Source of the DNA: a virus
Lineage: Duplodnaviria > Caudoviricetes
Length of the DNA stretch: 64,000 nucleotides
Direction: 5' to 3' (one strand)
IMG/VR virus record: IMGVR_UViG_3300048926_000317
Location: 23,530-87,529 of that record
Shown here: positions 20,180-32,612 of the stretch, piece after piece
Layout of the letters: each line of letters begins with the position of its first letter
Numbering within the stretch: the stretch's first letter is position 1
Made by a program: the position numbers and the translations under genes
The notes under the pieces: model-generated
What the model saw: only the letters and a program-made list of their open reading frames with translations
Databases searched by the model: none
Told to the model about the DNA's origin: nothing

Positions 20180-20632
20180 ATGAAAAAACTTATCATTACA
20201 TTACTATTTCCTACACTTGCTTTTAGCCAGGTTGGAATAAAAACTTCAATGCCGACTGAAACATTAGATGTTAACGGTACTCTAAGAGTTCGAAATACCC
20301 CCAACGGACTACCAACAGACAGCTTACTCGTTATCCGTAATGGAGTTATTAGGAAAATTGAAATGCCAGCTAATAATAGCTCACAATCGCCTGGGACATG
20401 CCCTAACTTTTTAAAGGCATCAAGCCATCCCTATTATTTAGTTTTTACTTCTAATGGGCCGATTCAAAATCCGAATAACCCAATTGTAATTTCGGGAAGC
20501 ACTTTTAATAGTTCAGGCACTTGGACCACTGGAAATATTTATTATTATTCCTATACCAGAATAAACGCCGGAGGATTTAATATTAATAACTTCACAGTAC
20601 AATTTGGCAATTTAACTTGTGTTTATAATTAA
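20180..20632 (+). CDS. secreted host-like protein with a signal peptide
   Basis: MKKLIITLLFPTLAFS-Q followed by VGIKT..PTETLDVNG.LRVR, a motif typical of Flavobacteriales exported proteins. Confidence 0.75.
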   Translation: MKKLIITLLFPTLAFSQVGIKTSMPTETLDVNGTLRVRNTPNGLPTDSLLVIRNGVIRKIEMPANNSSQSPGTCPNFLKASSHPYYLVFTSNGPIQNPNNPIVISGSTFNSSGTWTTGNIYYYSYTRINAGGFNINNFTVQFGNLTCVYN

Positions 20633-23294
20633 ACAAAACTTAAAAATTATGTATAAAAATTGTAAAGTAGTTATGTTAGCTACTGAAAAAGTAGGAGCTA
20701 AAGACGGAAGTCATGAAGCAGGTCAGGAAGTTATAGAGAATTATACACAATCTTTATTAAAAAGTTTATTATGGTCACATAAAGGTAGAAATCTATATTA
20801 TAATCAAAATAATCCTAATGATTTGGATGATGAAATAAGATGCCATATATACATACTTAATGATGAAGAAATTAAAGAAGGTGATTATTTTATATCAGGA
20901 AGAATAATACATCAATATAAAGGAGAAACATTACCTGAATTGAAACAAGGTTATAGGAAAATTATAGCTACAACTGATACTTCATTATCTCAGACTAGTA
21001 GAAAAGAAATACCACAACCTTCTCAAAGCTTTATCAAAAAGTATATTGAAGAGTATAACAAAGGTTCAGTAATTGAAAATGTACTGGTTGAGTATGAAAA
21101 AGAATATCAAGTGGAACATTTTCATAATGAAAAAAGGCAATGGATAAAAGATCCTATTACATTTATTGAAACTAATAAGCATTGGTTTAAAATACAAGAT
21201 AAATCAAGAGAAGTATTAAAAGTAGACTCAGACAATACTATTACTATCAAAAAAATAAAAGAAATTTATAGTAGAGAAGAAATTCTAAGTATAGTGATAG
21301 ATTCAATGTATTTTGGAGCAGGGCATGGAAGTGAACTAACTTCTGAAATAATTAAAAAATGGATAAAAGACAATTTATAACTAATATGTAATATTAATTT
21401 TTATAATATGTTTTTATATTGGATGGAAATTAAACAAAAACAGGAAACATGCTAAACGAAAAATACTTTAAGAAAATACTAAAACTTATAGCCAAATATG
21501 AAAGTTGTTTAGATGGTTATAGAGTAAGAATGTCTAAAGATCAGGCTGATATAAAACTATCATACAAAGACTATAAAGAAAGTAATTGGATAGTAGAATG
21601 CGGCAACATTCAATCAGTCTATGCGTCTATTCAACAAGAACTAGCAGTTAAATATCCACAATAAGATGAAAGGCGAATTTGAACAGGGCTGTAATAGGAA
21701 AAGTTGTACTAACATGATTTCAGATTGGTATAACCATAGTAATAAGAAATACTATTGTGTGAAATGCGCAAATGCTATTAACAAATTCAACCAAGAATTT
21801 AAAGCCGAACACGGATATAATTTATGTGTAAAAGTAAATAAACCAAAACTATAATGAAAACAAAAGCAGAATTAAAAAACGAAATCGAAACATATGTACA
21901 AGAATGGATTGACGGTCACGAAGAAGATACATTTATTAAAGATGAATATGGTCTATATTGGTATACGGCAGGAGCGACATCATTAAATTTAAAAGCATAT
22001 TTTGAAAGATTACTAGAAGATTTTATCGAAGATAAATTTGATGAAAATAATCATGGAAACAATTGAAGCCTGGATAAAAAAAGAACAAGAACCCCAAACT
22101 ATATCTCTGTGGGGAACGATTCATCAAACTGATTTTGTTCCTGAGTTGTGTTCAACTATAGACGGCGATGGTCAGCAATTAATTTACTTTGGAACAATTA
22201 ACCAAAGACCTAAATATTGGTTAATGCAAATTGATTCAAAGCACAATATAGAAGATAATAATTTTGATATTGAAAAAATTGTAATTGAAAATTTAATTAA
22301 TGATTTTGGAATGACAGAATGGATTGGTGAAGATGAATTTGATAAATTTAAAAATACACTTTATAACGAATATGAAAATTATGAGGAATATATGTCTGAA
22401 TGGCATGAGTATCCAAGACTTAATTTAGAAGGGTATCATTGGGGATTAATAGCAAATACAGTAACAGGCGAAACAGAATAAAATAAATAAAATCATGAAC
22501 CTAAAAGAAAAAAAATCAAAAGTAGCAATTTGTGAAAGATGTCAAAAATATACATTAGCATCACATACAGATTATATCACAAATAAAACGGAAAAAGAAT
22601 TTACTGAATTAGCCAATATTGGATTTACAGTGAAAATTGAAACACTAGAAGAAACTCAACAACGAGGATATTCCTATTGGGAAGACTGTATTAATGCAAA
22701 ATGTGAAACCAAAAACAAATAATTATGGAAAATAAAAAAGTTACTCGAAAAGACTTAACGGTTGTAAAAGGGAAAATAGAAGTAGACACACTTATTATAG
22801 ATTCTAAAAAAATAAATTTAACACCTATTCCACATACAAATATTGAATCCTACATTACTCATAGAGATTGTGAAGAATGCGGGGTTGAATTTCAAAAGCA
22901 ATATACTTATGATAGATTTTGTAATGACTGTAGTAATAAAATAAGAAAAGACAAATATATGAAACTTGAATTGGTTGAATGGAATGGTGAAGATGCGTTA
23001 AATATTTACAATGATGATCAATATTTTTTTGACTTGGAAGAAGTTCTAGAATATTGCGATGAAAATGAGATTGAATTAAAAAATCTACAATTAGTCACCA
23101 CATATAGAACCTCATTTTCACCTATTGATTGGGAAACCATCGAACAAGACCAAACGCATGAAGATTGGGAACCATCAGACGAATTTAAATCTAAAGTAGA
23201 TGAATTTAATAAATGGCTCACTTCACAAAGCACAAGTACATGGATGCCGACAAACAAAAGAGTAGATATAAGTAAATATTTAACACAAAAATAA
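20619..23294 (+). other. hypothetical ORFs (20619-21380, 21449-21664, 21666-21854, 21854-22066, 22038-22481, 22495-22722, 22725-23294)
   Basis: Tandem ORFs; several carry CxxC pairs. Confidence 0.75.
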
Positions 23295-23296
23295 TC

Positions 23297-23737
23297 ATGG
23301 AAAATTTTAAATTACGAATGTGGAATCCAGCAGGTAAAAAATATTTATACGATATAGATAATGTTTTTGAATGCTTAAAGCAGCAACATAAATTTGACGG
23401 CACAATGCCAGATCGTGGATTTGTAAACGAATGGGATCATAGAAATGAGGGAATGAAATGGGAAATGTATTCAGAATTTGAAGACTCCCTTAAAAAACAA
23501 ATATGTGAAGGAGACATAGTACATCATTATAGGTTTTTAGCGGACCAATCCGGATTTATAGGCGTGGTCTGTTTTAAGGATGGGCAGTTTATTATTGAGC
23601 CAACAATAAATATATTACCAACTTCTTTAGCGGGACACCTAGATAGGATAAAAATAATTGGAAATATCAATGAGAATCCAGAATATATGCTCCCTGAAAA
23701 TAGAGTAAATATTCCAAAAGGTATTTTCCCAAAATAA
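23297..23737 (+). CDS. YopX family protein
   Basis: KLRMW...YSEFEDSLKKQICEGDIV...IKIIGNINENPE. Confidence 0.85.
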   Translation: MENFKLRMWNPAGKKYLYDIDNVFECLKQQHKFDGTMPDRGFVNEWDHRNEGMKWEMYSEFEDSLKKQICEGDIVHHYRFLADQSGFIGVVCFKDGQFIIEPTINILPTSLAGHLDRIKIIGNINENPEYMLPENRVNIPKGIFPK

Positions 23738-23744
23738 ATACAAA

Positions 23745-24737
23745 ATGAATACTTTAACCTTAACTAAAAACGAAATACTAAACCCGCAAGTAAATTTTGA
23801 GTATTTCACAGATTTTGCAAGGAATTTCGTAACTAAAATAGAGTCCGGAGAAATCCTAACTAAAAAGAAAGTTAGGTTCTCAAAAGACACTATCCGGCAG
23901 TACAATGTATCAATAGATCACTTTGAAGAATTTGAGAAAAAGCTTGATTCTAAAATTCGCGTTCACGAAATTAATAAACGTCTTTTAGAAGCCTTTGAAA
24001 AATATTTGTATAATAATGGGTTACTTTTCAACAGTGTCTACTTATACATATCTAAAATCAAGGCATTAGGGAATATTTTATATGATAGTGACGTGGTTCT
24101 AAAGCCCTTAAAATTTGATACCCCAAAGAAAATTACAACTCAGGTCTATTTATCGGAATCAGAACTTTCAGCAATGAGAAACTGCAACAAACTAACTCCT
24201 TCAGAAAAAAAGGTTTTAGATGTGTTTTTGATTCAATGTTTTACAGGACTTCGTTATAGTACTTTAATTCAATTTCTATCAAACCCGATAGCTTATTTAC
24301 AACAAAATGGAGACAAAACTTTTATTAGTATAGTATCAAAAAAGACCGTAGAAGAATCTTGCATCCCCTTATCAAAAATTGTTTTCGAAATACTCAACAA
24401 ATATGAATTTAAGTTTGATTTAAAAAGTGAAGAGTATGTTAACCGGACAATTAAGAAAATAGCAGGAAAAGCAGGTATTACAAACCCAATAGCAATACAA
24501 GTCACTCGGAATTCAAAAACCGAAACAGTAATTGTTCCTAAAAATAAATTGATTAAAACCCATACCTGTAGACGTGTTTTTATAACTCTTGCCAAAATGT
24601 ATATCAATGACAATGAAGCAATCAGAACAATGTCTGGGCATGCTACAGAAGCCCAAATGAATTTGTATTCGAGAGCGAGTAAGCTAGAAAAAGTAAATAA
24701 CATTTTCGACAACCAATTTTTCAACCTAACAATTTAA
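23745..24737 (+). CDS. tyrosine recombinase/integrase with a SAM-like core-binding domain
   Basis: FTGLRYS (R), SKKT (K), THTCRR (HxxR), SGH and NLYS (Y) catalytic motifs. Confidence 0.9.
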   Translation: MNTLTLTKNEILNPQVNFEYFTDFARNFVTKIESGEILTKKKVRFSKDTIRQYNVSIDHFEEFEKKLDSKIRVHEINKRLLEAFEKYLYNNGLLFNSVYLYISKIKALGNILYDSDVVLKPLKFDTPKKITTQVYLSESELSAMRNCNKLTPSEKKVLDVFLIQCFTGLRYSTLIQFLSNPIAYLQQNGDKTFISIVSKKTVEESCIPLSKIVFEILNKYEFKFDLKSEEYVNRTIKKIAGKAGITNPIAIQVTRNSKTETVIVPKNKLIKTHTCRRVFITLAKMYINDNEAIRTMSGHATEAQMNLYSRASKLEKVNNIFDNQFFNLTI

Positions 24738-27704
24738 TAATGAAAGAAAAGATAAAATTATTGTATTCCACCTGCAAGGCAGGAGTTTTAATATCTATCA
24801 ATGAACATAGAAATTATTATGAGACAATAGAAGAAAATATTGGGAATAAATTAGATGGTATAAATCCTGCCGTTTTATGCAAAATGAAAGAACTTGATAC
24901 TTTAATTGTAATTCAATTTTACCCAGATATACCAATTGGCTTTTATTTAGTTTATCATTATGATTTGGAATTAGCAATTGACGAAACTTTAGAATTATTA
25001 AAATCTAAAAAATAAAACCATGGATAAAAATATAAAAGCTGTATTAGAAATACGGAAACGTGAAGATTATCATTTTGAAAGAGCGCAATTTTGCCGTGAT
25101 CACAACATGTCTCTAGAAGCCCTATTTCATCAACAAATTGAACAGGAGTTAAGACGCATTGCATCTAAAATTGAAGACATACTTGATACAGGCTACGTTT
25201 CACTTGAAAAATATAACTCATGAAAGCAATCCAAATAGGCAGTACGGAAGTAATTCTGCAGAACTACGAAATAAACCAAGGAAAGATTATTATTTCAGAT
25301 TTATACAATGGTAGTTACTCTTATTATTGGGGATCAATGGGAGGAACTTTAGAAGAGTTCATAAAATCTACAAGCCCTGATTATTTTGCAGGAAAACTTT
25401 GCGTAGATCAATATGTATTTTCAGGAAAATCTACAGCAAAAGCAATTCGTAGATATATTAAACACAACATGACGTATGATTTGCCTTGGTATAAATATAT
25501 GCCAGCTCAAAAAGAATTACGAGAAGCTATAAAACAAATTGAGAGATGTGAAGATAAGCACGACGCACTACATCAAATTGAAAGGTTTAAAGATATTTAT
25601 ACAATTGGTATGTCATTTCAAGAAGATGACGACTTTAAGGACATAATGGAATCACATTTCAATTGTGATCCGTGGCATTTTTTGGAGACTGAACCTTCAC
25701 CATCTTATAAATTTTTAGTCAAATTACATAAACAATTAAAAATGAAACTATGAAATCACTAATTTTAAACCTTAAAAAAAAATTACTCATTATAGATTAT
25801 GAAACAGAAGAAAAATTTGATCAGGCATGGCATTCATATTCAATTCCCTGTATATTTACATTCCATACAGACGGGAGTCGGGTAAAACCATTATTTAATG
25901 GCTTAGAATTAACTGAAAAATATGTAGAAGATTTAGTATTTAGATCTAAAATAGGAAACTATAAAGACTACAATTACAAAGAAGGAACTTTAGATTTTGC
26001 CCTTTTAGACGCTTTATTACAAATGAAATTTAAAACACCTACGGAATCTTTTATATCAGCAATTGAATCACTAGGATGGCATTGGTTATTAAATCCTTTA
26101 GGAGAATATAGATGCGAATCTGGATACAATGGAAAACTTAAAAATTCATGTATTGATAGTTGTCAAGGATCTTGTTGGGATATCGATTCTGATGAATGGG
26201 AAGAAGCCGAATCTAAAACATTAAGATTCCCTATAATTTTTGAAATACTAAAATAAATGGCAACTAAATTTATTTATATTTCCACTGAAGAAGAAATGCC
26301 AGAGTATGGAACTCATATTGTAATAAGCTATGATGGTCAATTACTCCTAAGCCGGTATAATAAATACTCAACAGAAGAGTGGTTTAAATCAAACTATAAA
26401 TTTTGGTTGAAAGAAGTTACCGATGTTGAAATTGAGTTGAAGGAACTGCTAAAAGAAACGCATTCAATGCTAGAAAACTCAATAGAGTCTCTAACCTCAG
26501 CCAAACAAAAAATAGAATACTACCAAGAACAACTAAAAACAATAAGAGAAAATGGAAACGAAATTCAAAAAAGTAATGACAAGTGAGAGAATTCCGGAAA
26601 CAGAATCTTTTTACTTCGTTAAAAAAAAAGGGATGAGTGAAAATTCAGGCTATTATTTCATACCTACAAATAGATGGAACGTAGAACAATTCAAAGATGA
26701 TATAGAATGCTGGTACGAAGAATATGAATGTCGAGAAGAACAATTAACTATCTTACTACAAGACGCTATCAACCTTATTAATGAATTACCACACGATTCT
26801 AAACTACAAGAAACACGCGGAAACCTTTGTATGAACGCTCAATCATTAATTTTTGAAATTAAAAATAACGCCCCAAATATACTAGATTGAAAAATAATTA
26901 AAAATATTTTAAATTAACGCTTGTTTTTATATATTAAATATATATCTTTATGACATAAAAATAACTTTTTAACAAAATAACCTAAGCAAGTCATTAAAAG
27001 GCTTTTTAAATATGGAAAATACAATAGAAAATAAAGCAAAGTTTTTCGCTCAATATTGGGGGCAAAAAGTATTAACAAGACCAGAATCAGCTAATAGGAA
27101 ATTGATTCTAGGTGATGAAGTATCTATACAGTCTGCTCTTTCAAAATTCGGGTATAATTATAAGTACTTCTTAGAACTCAAACCCCTTTCATTAATTACA
27201 GATGAGCAAGCTTTTGAAATAGCAAAAATTCTTAAAGTAGAATTAAATCCTAAAAATGTTATAGAATTCATTCATATTTCAATTAAAAAATACATCGAAA
27301 ATGATTATAAAGGAATTGATTCTCATGTTTTAGATTTTCTTCGATCAAAAGGCTACGCATTACCATACATGAGTCTTTCAGTTGAAAAGCAAATAGAATA
27401 CGGTTGGATAAAACTTAAATCCTAAGTATCTCACATAAATAACAAATAAACTATATGAAAGAAACTCAAAAAGGATGGGCTGTAATTCATTCATCCCATC
27501 CTCATAAAGAATTTGAAACTTTAATGCAGAAAACTTTTGCATCAACCCGCACTCAATCAATTTCTAAATTCATGGAAGGACTATCTGAAGATTGGACATA
27601 TTGGAAACGTAATTACGATTATAAGTGTGTAAAAGTTGAGTTAGCAATATCAGTAATATAAATTAAAGTCTGAGTAAACTATACTGCTCACATGGTTATT
27701 AGTT

Positions 27705-27728
27705 CCCCGGCTTTCGGGTCGGGGTTTT
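27705..27728 (+). terminator. intrinsic terminator within the early region
   Basis: CCCCGGCT-TTCG-GGTCGGGG plus TTTT. Confidence 0.85.
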
Positions 27729-27891
27729 ATTAAAACAATTAAATCAAAATATTATGGAAGCACATATAAAATGGTGGAATAGCCTACCATATTGGAGAAA
27801 GAAAAAATTAGCCTATGATGAACAATGGACTACAGTAGAACAGATAAGTAATCATCAAATAAAAATGATTTATGATTCTACCCAAAATTAC

Positions 27892-28188
27892 TAAACACCC
27901 CTTAAATTATGAAAACAGTAAAAGTTACAATGACTAGAAAAGTTACTTACGAATCAGAATTAAAAGTAAGTGATGAAGATTTTGAGATTATAAAAGATCT
28001 TGACTATGATGATGTGGAAATGTATGATCGCTCTACTATCAAAGATATTGGCAATGGATTGAAAACGATAAGCACAAATACAGCTTACGAAATACTAGAA
28101 GGCGTGGATGATGTTTTCAACGAAACTGTAAGAGAAGAAACCATGTTCGATGTAACCGTAAAAGAATTATAAACACCCCTTAATTATG
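27892..28188 (+). repeat. direct repeat TAAACACCCCTTAA(A)TTATG at two consecutive gene junctions
   Basis: Copies at 27892-27911 and 28170-28188, each running from a stop codon to the next ATG. Confidence 0.7.
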
Positions 28189-29487
28189 GAAACAAGACAA
28201 AATTTAATAGAAAAATACTACGCAGAGGATTACCAAAAAATAGCAAAAAGCGACTATGGAATTGATGAAGACGGATTTTCAAATTTTTATGATCACGGAA
28301 ATGAAACACATTTACATGGTTATGAAATATTTTCATTCAGTAGTCATAGGCTTGATGTAGTTCCAATTAGACCCTTAGGATTAGGAAAGGCTCTAGAAGA
28401 TCTGAAAAACAATAACGGGTGGATAAAAACGCCAGTAAAAGGATTTTTATCAACAGGGTTTTATTTTATTAGACTTTATGTGCCTGAAACAAATATAGAA
28501 AGTTTTATTACCCACGAAGTTAAAGAATCCGATGCCGGAATGATTGGCTATCACTACGCAACTCACTACAAAAGAATTGATTTTAAACCACCAATTTATT
28601 AATTATGAAAAGACTAGAAGAAATAATTAATTCTAAAGCCGAATTTAATAAATGGCTAAAAGAAATAACAGAATCCGAATTAGATCTAATAAAAGAAATT
28701 TCTCGCGAATATGCTGAAGAATGTTGTCAAGCATCTTTACAAAAAGCTAGTGAAAATGCAGAAGCTAGACAGGATTGGGGCGAATGTGATGTAGATGTTG
28801 ACTCAATCACAAACGAATCAAACATTACACTACTATGAAAACAAAATACATTAAAGTTCCAATATCGGAACAGCCTACAGAAAATAAAACATATTTCTGC
28901 TTAGTTGCAGACGGTCAAGCTTTACTTACTTGCCATAATAAGATATTTAATCAATACAAAGGGATTACTCATTATTTAGTTGAAGTTCCAGATAGAGAAC
29001 AAGAGATGAGAGAGCTTTTGGAAGACGTTCTGAATGAAACAAGATCTAATAACGAATTAAGTATAGACACTCAAAATGAAATAAACAAATTCTTAAATGG
29101 ATCAGTACAAAATGAATCTAAACAACTACTTAACAAACAATAATACAATGGAAAATTTTAAAGGAACTAAAGGAAAATGGTCTAAACAGCAAGTAGGCAA
29201 TGGAGATATAGAGATTAGTGCAAATAGTTTTAGAAATCTTGCAACTGTCAATTTTTATCCCGCTGGTTTTAGAGAGAAATACATTAATAATAAATTAACT
29301 GGATCTCCTTCACCTGACTCTTCGGAATATAGAATAGAATGTTTATACAATGCCCTACTTATCACTAAAGCACCAGAAATTCTGGAAATGTTAAGCTTAG
29401 TTGCTGATGTTTTAGAAGATGCAGGTAAATTCGAATTTCAGAAAAGAGTGGAAAATCTAATCAAAGAAGCAACAACACTAAAATAAC

Positions 29488-29522
29488 AACGCGGTAGCCG
29501 AAAAGCGTTTAGAGTAGGCAAT
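29488..29522 (+). other. hairpin/pseudoknot motif, copy 1
   Basis: AACGC-GGTAGCCGAAAA-GCGTT-TAGAGTAGGCAA. Confidence 0.5.
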
Positions 29523-29532
29523 AAAAATTATT

Positions 29533-30417
29533 ATGGATAATATACAGCTATATAATGAAGACAATTTAGAAGTAATGAAAAGACTTCCTGATGAAAGTAT
29601 TGATGTGATCTGCATTGATCCGCCTTACTTGTATTTAAAAAATCAGAAGCTTGAAAGACCTTTTGATGAGCTTAAATTCTTTTCAGAGTGCAAAAGGCTT
29701 TTAACGAAAAACGGATTTATTGTGATGTTCGGGCGTGGTGAAAGTTTCTATCGTTGGAATACTATTTTATCTGATTTGAAATTCACATTTAAAGAGGAAA
29801 TCATTTGGAATAAACGAAGACTTTCATCATTTGCTACATCTGTCGCTCGGAAGCATGAATCTATCTCAATCTATTGCAAGGGTAAAGGAAAAATTAATAG
29901 GGTCAAAATTGATTTGGTTGAGAAATATGAATTTGAGCCGAAAAAAATATTAGAGACTATTAACAGAATTAAAACCACATTTGGCAATAGGCGTACTTTT
30001 GATCTGTTAGAAAAATATTATAAAGATGGCTTTAAAAAGTTTGAAGATAATGTTCCCGGATGGGGAGTGACAAGATCAAAATCATCAGCGAAGCATATTA
30101 ATAGAACGGTTCAGTTTGCTGCAAGTTTAGAAGAGGGTGTTACGGAACAATCGATTATAGAAATAACAGGTGTTCATTATGGGACTATTCACCCAACACA
30201 AAAACCAGTACGTCTTTTAGAGCGTCTTTTAGCGTTGGTAATTCCAAAAGATAAACCGTGTGAAGAAATTGTCGTCGCTGATTTTTTTGCTGGCTCAATG
30301 TCTTGTATGGAAGCTGTACACAATATGGGAATACGAGGAATAGCAACCGAAATAGACAAAGAATATTTCGAGGGTGGAAAAGAAAGAATAGAAAAACTTA
30401 AAAACAAATTATTCTAA
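29533..30417 (+). CDS. beta-class N4-cytosine/N6-adenine DNA methyltransferase
   Basis: N-terminal DPPY, HPTQKP and C-terminal DFFAGS. Confidence 0.92.
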   Translation: MDNIQLYNEDNLEVMKRLPDESIDVICIDPPYLYLKNQKLERPFDELKFFSECKRLLTKNGFIVMFGRGESFYRWNTILSDLKFTFKEEIIWNKRRLSSFATSVARKHESISIYCKGKGKINRVKIDLVEKYEFEPKKILETINRIKTTFGNRRTFDLLEKYYKDGFKKFEDNVPGWGVTRSKSSAKHINRTVQFAASLEEGVTEQSIIEITGVHYGTIHPTQKPVRLLERLLALVIPKDKPCEEIVVADFFAGSMSCMEAVHNMGIRGIATEIDKEYFEGGKERIEKLKNKLF

Positions 30418-30421
30418 AATA

Positions 30422-30451
30422 AACGGAAAGCTGAAGCCGTCAAGTAGGCAA
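30422..30451 (+). other. hairpin/pseudoknot motif, copy 2
   Basis: AACGG-AAAGCTGAAG-CCGT-CAAGTAGGCAA. Confidence 0.5.
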
Positions 30452-30570
30452 ACAATTAAAACTTTAAATTTTATGAAAAAGCTATTTTTAGTCATGAGCG
30501 TATTAACGCTAACAATTTTTACAACAATTCAGAGGGTTAACGCCCCTCTTTTAAAACAAAAATAAAAACG

Positions 30571-31963
30571 ATGAAACAACTAGAATTAAACTTAAATAAA
30601 AGACTTCTTATTGTGGAAAGCCTTTCTAATGTGGGAGTTGAAAAGAAAGAATTAATCAAATCATTAGAGGATAGATTTGATTGTAAACTAGAACTATTAG
30701 GCTTAGGCTCCGAACTTACTGAGGAAATAGCGAAAGCTTTAGTTACTGAATATGCTTACGGTTATTATAAAAATTACAATACATCATTTTGTGGTGGTAG
30801 ACCCAAAACATCATTAGACTTTAAAACCTCTTTAGAATCTTTCATTTCAGCAATAGAAGCGCAAAGTTATTATTGGGGTGAGAATCCACATATGAATAAA
30901 GATTCAAGATTTAATACTAATAGACCTGTATGTTTTTTAGGCACAAATGATTGTAGGAATATTATTAAAGAAAAATATTGTCAATGCTATAGTTATAGAG
31001 AAGCCGAATCCAAAACCTTCAACCCAGAGAAAACTTTAATATTTGAAATACTTTAACCTATGAAAACAAAAGAAGAACTTTTAAAAATATATTTGGCTTA
31101 TTTACCGTATGAGTTGGAAGTAACGTTGTCTGATGAAGGGCGATATAATTTAGATAGCGAATACCCAAATGAGCACACTTATAAAAAAGGAATTATAACT
31201 GAATTTTCTTTTTCTACAGGTGAATTCGGTTACGGCGAATTTCAAGTATCAAAGAATTACTATTTTTCTATAAACGACCTATCGGAAGTTAAACCTATTC
31301 TATACGACCTATCTTACTTAACCAAAGAGATTGAGCATGAGGGTAATATAATCAAGCCAATCGAATATATTTCAACATCTAATGCCAATAAAAAACAAAT
31401 ATTATATAGATACGGAAAAGGCTTATCTATGGATACCCTCAAACAATGGCAATTTGAAAGGCTTTTACAATTACATCTTAATGTTTTTAATTTAGATGAA
31501 TCAGAATACATAAACAAAGCAACACTAAACCTTACAAGTTAAAACAAACAAGATTATGGAAGCAAACGAATTAAGAATTGGAAATTATGTAAATGTTCCA
31601 CGAGAAGATCAATCACCTTTTAAAATAGATGGGTTTGATTTCTTAAATTCAGATGGAGGCAAAATAGAAAGTGAAGTAAAAATAGATGGTAAAAAACTTC
31701 ATCCACTGACTTGGTATTTAAGTGATTTGTCGCCCATCGAATTAACAGAAGAATGGTTATTGAAAATGGAATTTTCATGGAAAAATATTCCTGAAAGATA
31801 TATGCTAGGTTCTTGGAGTACATTAAGAGTATGTAGAGATTTAACGATAGAATATAAAGATTCTTACTTAGTTAATGTAAAATTTGTCCACCAATTACAG
31901 AATTTATATTTCGCTCTTACAGGTGAAGAGCTAACAATTAAAACAAACAACAATGGAGAATAG
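30571..31963 (+). other. hypothetical ORFs 30571-31056, 31060-31542 and 31556-31963 (paralogous families)
   Basis: Motifs shared with 25750, 27012 and 2453. Confidence 0.75.
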
Positions 31964-32432
31964 ATTAATATCACCCAACGATAATTTACAGACACCTGAA
32001 TATATTTTTAAATCTTTAGGTTTAATTGACTTAGATCCGTGTGCAGGTGAAAAAACTGAAATAGGTACTCGTAACATTTGGGATGGGCGTGGTGAAGATG
32101 GTTTAAATTATGAATGGAAAGGTTTTGTTTATTGTAATCCGCCTTTCTCTCAAAAAGAATTATGGATTAAAAAAATGATTGATCACAACAATGGAATTTT
32201 ATTATTACCAGAAAGGGGTTCTGCTCCTTGGTTTGGACCACTAGCAGAAGCTTCGGGAAAATACTTTGTAATGGGAAAGAAAATTAATTTCATTGGAGGA
32301 ACTTCTTCTAATAACGTTGGATCTGTACTTTTCCCATTCGGTGAAGAAGCTGTTAATAGGATATTAAAAAGTGGTTTACCTGGACATTTCGTAACTGTTG
32401 AATGGTTTAAGTCTCGAGGTCAAAACAAATAG
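31953..32432 (+). CDS. phage Dam-like N6-adenine DNA methyltransferase
   Basis: TPEYIF...LDPCA...GL..EW.G.VYCNPPFS. Confidence 0.85.
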   Translation: MENRLISPNDNLQTPEYIFKSLGLIDLDPCAGEKTEIGTRNIWDGRGEDGLNYEWKGFVYCNPPFSQKELWIKKMIDHNNGILLLPERGSAPWFGPLAEASGKYFVMGKKINFIGGTSSNNVGSVLFPFGEEAVNRILKSGLPGHFVTVEWFKSRGQNK

Positions 32433-32612
32433 GAATAAACAAATAAAAAAAACAATTACGGAAACCCATAAGTAAATAAACAAAACAATGAAAGATGCTT
32501 TACTATCCTTTAAGGAAAATTATAAATATAACCGAGAGGAAAAATCTAAGACTTATAACACTAAAGTAAACCGACTGAAACTATCACAAGTAATATTTAA
32601 AACTAAATTATA

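Larger units (their letters stand above)
24740..29486 (+). other. array of hypothetical ORFs including several paralogous families
   Basis: Paralogue sets: 25750/30571, 26257/26552/28835, 27012/31060, 28605/2133, 29148/13735. Confidence 0.75.

Noticed and set aside
29488-30451. Hammerhead or HDV-like (theta) ribozyme
   Set aside because: Lacks the CUGANGA/GAAA core and the nested double-pseudoknot elements.
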